A stretch of 64,000 bases of DNA from positions 377,022,001 through 377,086,000 of the forward strand of contig NC_067401.1 in NCBI RefSeq assembly GCF_016432865.1, given 5' to 3'. The notes below the pieces were generated by a model that saw only the letters and a list, made by a program, of their open reading frames with translations, searched no databases and was not told the origin of the DNA. Made by a program: the position numbers and the translations under genes. This DNA is from Antechinus flavipes (lineage: Eukaryota). Below, piece after piece: positions 62,125 through 64,000 of this stretch; the stretch's first letter is position 1; every line of letters starts with the position of its first letter.

Positions 62125-64000
62125 AACTAGTTTAAAACTGTGTTCTAAATACAAATGGAAAGATTTTTTAATAGAATTCTTACTAGAGAACATATAGAAT
62201 AATAATCACAAATTCTAAACACTTAGTATCTTTAAAAATATCTTCTAAGTTATTGGTTGGTCTTTACTGTCTATTGAACAATGAGAAATCCTTTTATTTT
62301 TAACATGGTTATGTCATTCCCAATTAAAAAAAATTTTTAAGATAGTGCTGCCCCCTGGTGACCCCAGTTTCTTCTACATACACTATATGATAGTTCTGAG
62401 AGGTTGGAATTCCTTTGTTTAATATTAAAATTAGGGACACCAATATCCCAGATCAAAAAAAAAAAAAAAATGAAGCATCTCGTGGCATACAATACAAAAT
62501 TATTTTTCCTATATGTTATTTAAATTACTTATGACTTATGGGGACTATACAAAGCAGCAGATGGAACAAAAGAATTAAACACTTTACTCCCCAATGTTCA
62601 ATAATTGGTGAATTTAGATATTTTATTTAAATTTTTATGCTACATTTCCTTGTTCATTATGTCTTAAAGTGCTGCTGACACCTTGTGGAAGATTTTGAAA
62701 AATAATTTCTTCAATTGTGGAGGTTTGGTAGCTACCAGAGTAAGTAGAAATTACTACATAAAATTGTTATTCTTAAAACCAAGTTAGTAAACCTTCTCTG
62801 GGGCAACTCCCCCACACTCACTTCCACTCATACTGCTTAACCAAAGTAATTACCCATTGGTATTTATATAGTATAGTTTCAAATTGATTTCCAGAGTAAA
62901 AATGAAATTCCCAGAATCTTTTCCTATCTACAAACTATATCAACAAATCCTTAGTGGGTCAATTCTCCTACAACTCCTACAGATGCTATTGTGCTCTCTT
63001 GTCAGATCTGCAAATCTGAAGGGTGCAAGGTACAGCCTTTGAATTGTTTTAATTTGCATTTGTCTAATTATTAGCAATTTAGAATATTTTTTTCTTTAAT
63101 ATTGACAATTTGGATTTCTTTTTATATTAAAGGTGCCTATTCCTCTTGATCCAATGAGCAATGGCCCATGTTCTAATGTATTTTATTTATTTTTTTATTA
63201 AAGATATAAATCCTTTAAAATATTTTTTTCAAATTCCATTTTTATATTTTTTTCCAATGTAGGAAATTTTCATGAAAATTGAATTTTTTTTCAGTCATCT
63301 TATTGATTTTGTATCTCCTAAATTCAAACTGCATTTATACTGTTGTTGGTTATGGTGAAATATGCTACCTAATAAAATTAAAATTTCTATTTTGCAACAA
63401 TAAAATCATGAGGGTATTTAAACAGTCAAATGTACTGCCAACTGAAAAGAAAGTTTTATCAAGTTAAATTTTATTGATGCCTTTTTTCTTTATATCATAT
63501 TGATTTCACAACTCTTCTCCAGACAGGATCTTCTCTGGTGACAACTCAAGATAATTTAAAAACTCTGTGACATCTGACTATAAAAAATGCAGTACTAATT
63601 CTCCCTTTTCTTTATTGTTTTTTTCCTTTTTTTCCATTGTGTAGTAGAAGGAAACTTTCATTATCTCTTTTCTCAGACATTCACTAAGTTTTTTTCAGTA
63701 AGAATATTTCTTTCTTTTAGATTTTTTTTTCCATCTGTGGTCATGTATAATTTTTTATTTGTCCTGCTTATTTTGCTTCACACTAATTCATACAAAAACC
63801 CTGATTTGGATTATTTTGATTTCTCATAGTATTTTAAGAGACGTAAGTTTCATAAATCTCAATAGAGAAAGAATAGAGAAATCACCATAGTCACCAAATA
63901 CCTGATCTTCTTGCCAAGTGAAGATAAATGATGGACATAAGGAACACTGGCTTGCATATTAATGCATTTGCAAAGGCTTGTGGAAGAGTACAGTAGGAGA

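Larger units (their letters stand above)
58497..63795. repeat. Interspersed direct duplication of ~1.67 kb (58497-60167 and 62128-63795)
   Basis: Same sequence from tagtttaaaactgtg to ctaattcatacaa, with roughly 15-20 small differences (~1%). The copies are separated by 1960 bp of unique sequence. Confidence 0.93.

Noticed and set aside
1-64000. CRISPR arrays, rRNA, tRNA genes or prokaryotic systems
   Set aside because: This is eukaryotic DNA. No regularly spaced repeats or structured RNA genes were seen, and the tRNA-like boxes belong to SINE heads.

Overview
AT-rich marsupial genomic DNA. The MAR1/WSINE/MIR-type SINEs, marsupial L1, RTE and CR1 fragments look dasyurid-like (inference), and there are two N gaps. 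The only host gene recognised is the 3' end of SYT14 on the minus strand: the penultimate coding exon at 47327-47516 and the terminal exon from 43685 with its stop at 43372, followed by a long repeat-poor probable 3' UTR. A gap-flanked 3.5-kb duplication repeats the penultimate exon and is probably an assembly artefact. The main finding lies in the first ~20 kb, downstream of SYT14. Hand translation of the non-repeat sequence there gives collinear, frameshifted matches to negative-strand RNA virus proteins. These are about eight to nine decayed bornavirus nucleoprotein-like (EBLN) fragments at 0.2-14.3 kb and a plus-strand filovirus-like element at ~15.6-19.8 kb that keeps the viral order NP-VP35-VP40-GP and two candidate gene-junction signals. 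The viral assignments rest on manual alignment to BoDV-1 and Ebola/Marburg proteins recalled from memory. No database search was run, so they need tBLASTn/HMM confirmation.
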